A stretch of DNA of 64,000 nt from Eledone cirrhosa (lineage: Eukaryota), in NCBI GenBank assembly GCA_964016885.1, contig OZ024740.1, positions 42,346,001-42,410,000 on the forward strand, written 5' to 3'. A program made the position numbers and the translations under genes. The notes below the pieces were generated by a model, which was not told the origin of the DNA, searched no databases, and saw nothing but the letters and a program-made list of their open reading frames with translations. Below are positions 57,021-64,000 of this stretch, one piece after another (position 1 is the stretch's first letter; the number at the start of each line of letters is the position of its first letter).

Positions 57021-59405
57021 GGTACAAACTAAAACATTCTGGAGAGGAATATGGGAGCAGGATGTTAAACATAATGACCAGGCAGTGTGGATTGAGGCAG
57101 TACAGAGGGAGATCGGTGAGCAGGCACACCAACAAACTGATTTGAGTATCACAGTTGAAACTCTTAAGGGGCATGCCAAAAAACTAACCAACTGGAAATC
57201 ACCAGGCCCAGATGGTGTGCAGTGGTATGGATTAAAAATATAACATCCCTCCATCCGAAACTGACAACCATGTTCAATGACTGCTTGATGTCAGGTGAGG
57301 TACCAGAGTGGTTGACAAAAGGTACCACAGTTCTGATAATGAAAGACCGAATCAAGGGTAATGATGTTACCAACTATAGACCTATCACATGTCTGTCCGT
57401 AATGTGGAAACTGTTGACGAGCATTGTGTCTGGGGAAATCTACCATCACCTCCACACAAACAACTTGTTACCGGACGAACAGAAAGGATGCCGAAAGAAG
57501 TCACGTGGTACAAAGGACCAGTTACTTATTGATAAGATGGTAATGGGGAATTGCAGGAGAAGACACACTGATCTTGCCATGAGATGGATAGACTACAGAA
57601 AGGCATTTGACATGGTGCCTCATTCTTGGATCACCAAAAGCCTGGAGATCTTCAAGGTGGCAGATAACATCAGACAGTTGCTGGGCAAGAGTATGAGGTC
57701 CTGGGAAACAGAGTTGACATCAACTGGAGAATCCTTGGAAAGCGTGAAGATCAAGAGAGGTATCTTCCAGGGAGATAGCCTGTCCTCTTTGTTGTTTGTC
57801 CTTGCCCTGATGCCCCTGACCAGTGTACTGCGAAAAGTGAGAGCAGGATACGGGTTGGGAAAGGGAGGGCTTACCATCAATCACCTCCTCTTCATGGACG
57901 ATCTTAAGCTCTTCGGGAAGAGTGAGAAGGAGTTGGATGTGCTTGTTGACACTGTCCGTATTTTCAGCAATGATATATGTATGCAATTTGGTATTAGTAA
58001 GTGTGGACTCATTGTGATGAGGAGGGGTAAGTTGAGCAGAAGTAACGGAATCCAGATACAAAAAGGTGAGATGATAAAAGAAATTGACTCTGAGGAAGGA
58101 TACAAGTATTTGGGCGTTCTGGAGGCTGATGGCATAAAGAACAAAAAAATGAAGGAATTGTTGAGAACTGAATACCTTCGGAGAGTAAGAAGCGTATTGA
58201 AGTCACATCTCAACAGTAGGAATGCCATAAGTGCAGTAAATTCCCGAGCTGTGTCTATTATTAGGTACAGTGCGGGAATTCTGAGATGGAATGTTGCTGA
58301 ACAAAAAGAAATGGATAGGAAGACTAGGAAGCTATTGACTATCTACAATATGTTCCACAAGAGGAGTGATGCGATAGACTCTACTTAAGGAGATCTGAGG
58401 GTGGAAGAGGTCTTATCAGCATAGAGGACTGTGTTCAGATGGAGAAAAACAACCTACACAAATACGTGACTGATAGTAAGGAGCCAATGCTCAGAACTGT
58501 ACTGAAGGAGGGGACAATAGGCCAGGCGATGTCCAAGGAGGAAATAACATCAAGGAGAAAGAACAGCCTTCAGGAAAAATCCCTTCATAGTACCTTCTTT
58601 GTGAAAACTGAATTTAGAGATAACCAGACATGGAACTGGTTGAAAAGAGGAGACCTTAAAAAGGCTACAGAAGGAATGTTAATGGCTGCGCAGGAGCAGA
58701 CCCTCAAAACGAAGTGGTTGAAACACCACATTTACAAGGAAGAGGCTAGCCTACTGTGCAGGATCTGTGGAGAGAGAGAGGAGACTGTGGCTCACATTGT
58801 ATCCGAGTGTAAATACCTAGCCCAGACTCACTATAAGGGCTGGAAACATGATGTGATGGGCAGGGTGATCCACTGGCACCTATGCAAAGTAAACAATTTA
58901 CCATATTCTGAGAAGTCGTATGAGCATAAGCCAGAGGCGGTGATAGAAAACGATCAGGTGAAGGTGCAGTGGGATTTTAGGATACAGACGGACAAGAAAC
59001 TGGAACACAATAGACCTGACCTGGTGGTTGTGGACAGAGAAAAAAGATCGAGCCTGATGGTGGATGTGGCCTGCCCATTCGACACGAGAGTGCAAAAGAA
59101 GGAGAGGGAGAACATTAACCGATACCAGGACTTAAAGTGGGAGGTAAAAAGGATTTGGAACTGCCATGAAGTCAAAGTGATCCCGATTGTCATAGGCGCA
59201 CTAGGTACTATCTCAAAAAGTTTCCAGGTATGGTTAAAGAAAATTGGCCCCTTCACGCTTTTTGGAACGCTTCAAAAGGCATGCTTGCTGGGAACAGCAA
59301 GAACCCTCCGATACGTCCTGAATATCTGAGGCTGCAGGTAGTGGCTTGATATTCATCTCAACAAACTTTCCAGTTAACTAACATCAATGACTAAGACTCA
59401 AAGAG
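57021..59405 (+). mobile_element. 5'-truncated Dong/R4-clade LINE, family B, copy 2
   Basis: NWKSPGPDG, YRPITCL, EQKGC, DYRKAFD, FMDDLKL, CCHC + RPD; (TAA)n on both sides. Confidence 0.93.
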
Positions 59406-59427
59406 TAATAACAATAATAATAATAAT

Positions 59428-62400
59428 GATTTCTTTATTAACCACAAGGGTTTACATAAAGTAGACATTAATGACAGTACAGGACAATACAGGACGGTAC
59501 AAATGGGCATTTCTGGGTGTAAAAAAACAAAAACAGAGGATGTAACAAAAAAAACTATGAAAAATTCCCCAATAGGGGGGAGACTTCCGAGGGACATTTG
59601 TGGAGAAAGCCCATTAAAAGGCCACAGTGAGCCTGACCACCAAGGCAAGTGCCCTCACCCAGTTTTCCACCTTTAATTTACAGACACATACTCAGAGTAG
59701 GCCCATTCACTCGGGCCATGCTTGCTTCTCTCACCCATCTTTCAAGAAAATGATGGGAAGAGAGCACTTCCCTCTCTACCCTGATTTTCCTTTTCAAATG
59801 AAATTTGAAAAAGTTAATCAGGGCATCACCGAAGAGATAAGTGCTCGTCTTCAGCCCTTTGAAACGTGTCCACCACACTATCTCTTTCGCAATTGCCACC
59901 AGACAGATAAAAACTGCCTGCCCTTCCCGGCTAAAGGAGGAGGGCGGGGCAATCCTCACGATGGACTCATCTGATAGCTGGATCCGTCCTACACGCGACA
60001 GCAGGTGTTCGACATAAACCCACAAGTCAGCAATGCTCGGACAGTGGATGAGTACGTGCAGGACGGTTTCGTCGCCCTGCGCGCATCTCGGAAATGCCCG
60101 GCTGACGGCATCTCCATACCTATAGAATTTATCCCGAACTGGCAAAGCTCCTCGGTAGCACTGCCAGGCCAGGGATTTCTGGAAGTTGTCCATAGGCCCC
60201 GGTCCGAAAATTCTTCCGAAGAGATTGGCTAGTTGATTTTCGTCGACACCTAGAGTTTCTCCAAGTACGTCGTCGCTCTTCCCCTCCACTAAATCCTCTA
60301 TAGAACGCCAAGGTGGAGTTTCCACCGATCACATTGCCTGATTGGTCGAGGGCTGTGAGCGCCTGAAGACATTCCAGTCTCCAAGCGCTCCCTCTCGGTC
60401 TTCGCTTGACCCAGGACTGCAGCTCCGTCAAGGAGACGAGCTGGGGAAAGACGCGTCTAGCAAACGGTGACCACACCTGATCACCGTCGAGGAAGAGGTG
60501 GAGATGTCGTAGCCTGAGCGCGTGTCTGCGCATCATCAGCCATGGCATGCCCAGCCCTCCACGTAGCGGGTGTTGACAGCAGATGGACCGCCTGACCATC
60601 GGAGCGCGTCCCTTCCACAAAAAGTGAAAGAGCAAACGCTCCAGCGCAGTCAGGGGGGGGGGGGGGTTAGGACAAGGCACGACGGTCAGGCGGTAGTAGA
60701 TGACGGACGCGATGTACGCGTTAGCCACCTCCGCTCGACCTTTCAGGGATAGCTACCTCTCCGCCCATTTCTGGGTGAGAGAAGCCACCCTGCTCGTCAC
60801 GTCCTCCAAGATCTCGTTCGTCTGGAGGTCCGGACCGAACCAGACCCCTAGCAATTTGACCGGTCCGTTCGTCCAGCGCCCGACAACGCTGTTGGACGGC
60901 ATGGACTTGCCTCTCCAGGTGCCGAGCTGCAGGCCGACTGACTTTTCCTGGTTGATCATTGCTCCTGTCACCGCCTCGTATTCTCTTAGTGTAGTGCCGA
61001 TCGCCTCGATGTGTTTGGCGTTTGACACCACTACGGTGACATCGTCCGTATATGCTGAAAAGAATCTTCCGCATCCTAGTTCGCGCGCGACCCCCCTCAA
61101 CGCCTCCAGTTTGTGCAGTAATGGCTCGAGAGTCAATACGTACAAGAGGGACGAGAGGGGACATCCTTGGCGGACCGAGCGCATGATGTTGAACGGTTCC
61201 GAAAGGTGACCGTTCACTCTCACCACAGAGCAGATGTCGCTGTGCATGGCAGCGATCCAGCCTCTGAAGAATGGGCCCAAAGCCAGCCGCCCTCAGGGCT
61301 GCTGCTAGGTAACGATGGTCGACCCTATCGAAAGCTTTCGACTGATCTAAATTGATCAAGGATCCACCCGTGCCAGGTTCTCTAGCTACCCTCTCTACGA
61401 TGTATCGCATGAGGTGGAGGTTGTCGTGGATGAATCTGTCGGGAATGGCGCATGTCTGCGCCTCACCCACCAGACCACCAACGACAAGCGCCAACACCTT
61501 GGCCAAAATCTTGAACTCTATGTTTTTTATGTTATCCCCCTTGTTCGGATCCTTTCTCAGCAGCGCCACAGCTCCTCGGCTCACAGAGCTGGGAATTCTC
61601 CCGTTCTGTTGCCAGTTGCAATAGACGTCCGCCAAGAGGCCTCCGAACAAGTCTGGCATCTGTACGTAGAGTTCATAGGGCAGACCATCCAAACCGGGCG
61701 ATTTACCCCTTGTGCAGCCAGTCATTGCCTCCCGTACTTCAGCGGCAGTTATCGGCTTTTCGCAACACTCCGCCTGAGTTGCCGAGCGCCGCGGCAGCTC
61801 GTTGAGGTAGACACTAAAGTCCATCCCTCGAACCGGCTCGCCGCTGCCCCCGAACAGCTGTCTGAAGTGTCGCTGAAAAGGTTCCCACATTTTCCCGGGT
61901 TCGAGTAGCATGCACCAGTCATGCTCCACCAAAGACCGGATCGTGGCTTTGTTGCCACGAATCGCCTCCGCCACTCGGGCCCATTGAACGGCTTTCGTTC
62001 CCTCGTGTCTGAGAGCACGCACCCTAGCTCTGACAACGCAGCCTTCGTGCTTTGCATTGAAGAATTGGTCAAGGGCCAATTTCGCCGCAAGTACGTCGGT
62101 CGCGATGTCTTTGCTAAGCGCCTCATCTAATTTTCTAACTAGATCTCCCTCTGCTCTATTTTTCTCTATTGCTAAAGCCTTACTAACCTAATGGACTCTA
62201 TTCTAATCGCTCTTTTCAGAGCAAACCACCACTTGTTGTTGACGATGGCCCCCGTCAACGCCCGCTTAACTAGTTCGCTAATCCTGTCTCTTTAGGCATT
62301 GTGCGTTGGTAAGGACGCATTTACCTTCCAGTAGCCAGGTCTTCGTCTATGTAGCCTATCTAAGTCAAGCACACAGATCACTAATTTGTAGTCCGTGTAG

Positions 62401-64000
62401 CTGACTATATTGAATTGTGCACAGCCTCTGCTAGACCTATCTATATCCCTACAAAATACTCTATCTAGATATGATCTGGATGACCCTATGCGATTTGTCC
62501 AAGTCCAAAATGGCACATTCGGGAAATCTAATCGGTACCTGCCAGACAGTTCAAAGCGTCTGAGCAGGTTGGTGAGGCTCTTGTACCCTCCTCCCCTATC
62601 CGCTAATCCCACACAGTCCCAGCGTGCATCTAAGATCCCGTTCCAGTCGCCCACTAACACTAAAGAGCAAGACGTTCCAAGAAAGGTCTCCAGACGCCGG
62701 AAGAAATCAGGCCGCCCTGCTCCTGTAGGGGCATAGACGGCCACTAGCCTGAAAACTTGCCCTTCTCCGCTGGTCACGTCCACCACCACCAACTTACCTT
62801 CTGGGTCCAGGAAGATGGCCCGTATGGTGAGATCAAAACCTCTCCGAAAAAGCACAGCAACTCCTCCCTCCGATCCAGGACGGCTGGGAGATGCATACAC
62901 ATCGTAGCCGCCGAAGATCGGTACGAAGGCCTGTGCTTCGGAGATTCTGGTCTCGCTGATGGCCACTACATCTATGTTTAGTGACGTGAGGTCGTTGAGC
63001 AGGTGGCCCTGTTTCCATGACTACCCCAAGCCACGCGCATTTATGCTGCCTATTCTGAGTGAGGTCATGTTGAAATGGAGTGGAAAAGATGGGAAAGACC
63101 ACTTACCTTACTTCTAGTAGAGGAAGGATGGTTTCTCCATCCTTTTCACTGCTTGTGGCTTCCTCAGGAAGGATGTCCTTATAAATCCTCCTGGAGAGTG
63201 CTTGTCGGAAGTCTCCGATGTCTTTGGGGAATTATTGTTTTAGTGTCGTGTACGTTTTCTGTGTGATGCGAGTGATTTGTATGTGTGGAGGTGGTGTAAA
63301 CCTTTGGGTTGTTGTGTAGTCTCTTTCTGTGATGCTGGTGTTGTGTTGGATGTAGTGTAATAATTGGTTGTTGTTAAAATTTAATGCTGTGTAGTGTGTA
63401 TCGTTTTGTTTCTTTTGTTCTGTTTGCGTTTGTTGTGGGTTTGTTTCTGTTTCGCTTTTTGGTGAATTTTGTGGTGTTGGTGACGGTGGTGTTGGGGTTA
63501 ATGATGGTGATGGTGTTGGTATTTGTGGTGATGGGGTTGGTGATGCTGATGTGGATGGTGGCATATCTGTCCTAACTTTTTTGTTTGATAGTTTATTTGT
63601 TTCCCTCTGTATTTTGTTTTTGGAGGGGGAAGGAAGGGGATTTTTTCTCTTTTGGTTTCTTTTTCTTTTTTTCTTTTTTCCCGATACCGTTTCCAACTCC
63701 TCGTCGTCAGAATTTGTCTCCAGTTGCGATAGGTCGGGGAGTAGAAAATCCTCCACAGGCGTTGGTTTTGGTTGTGGCGTGGTGGATGGTGTAGGCGCTG
63801 GTGCTAGTTCTGGGGCTTTGGGTGGTGGTGGTGTTGGTTTTGCTACTGTTGCTGGGGTTGTTGTTGTTACAGTTGCTTCTGTTGTTGCTGCTACAGTTGT
63901 TGCTGCCATTTCTGCTGCTGGTGGTGTTGATGGTTGAGTCACTGGGGTGGGTAAAAGAGTTGACCTCAACCTTTTAACCTGAGGGCAGAAAGCCCTTAGG
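59428..64000 (-). mobile_element. Tx1-clade LINE, subfamily b, second copy (runs off the window)
   Basis: Highly similar to 50041-54640; APE/RT motifs; (TTA)n tail. Confidence 0.93.

Overview
AT-rich, microsatellite-dense eukaryotic DNA with no recognisable host gene. The repeat content (tRNA-headed Meta-domain SINEs, Penelope-like elements, R4/Dong-like RLE LINEs, Tx1 LINEs) is most consistent with an invertebrate, probably an octopus/cephalopod (inference). Most annotated ORFs are microsatellite artefacts. The real coding remnants are all retrotransposon or hAT transposase fragments. Retroelements appear sorted by microsatellite. (TA)n tracts hold Penelope-like elements with hammerhead ribozyme motifs and fold-back palindromes. 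A (TGTA)n tract has grown into a ~10 kb stack of R4/Dong-like LINEs and a short RTE-derived non-autonomous element. A (TAA)n tract has grown into a >21 kb stack of Dong-like LINEs (+), Tx1 LINEs (-) and a SINE. The most striking observation is that all three Tx1 copies (two subfamilies) carry a perfect AAG|GTAAGT donor at the end of ORF1 and a polypyrimidine-CAG acceptor in the 3' UTR, so all of ORF2 looks like a spliceosomal intron. There is also a second candidate intron in the 5' UTR. The dominant SINE shares its 3' tail with these Tx1 elements. All coordinates were read by eye, and element ends may be off by a few bases.
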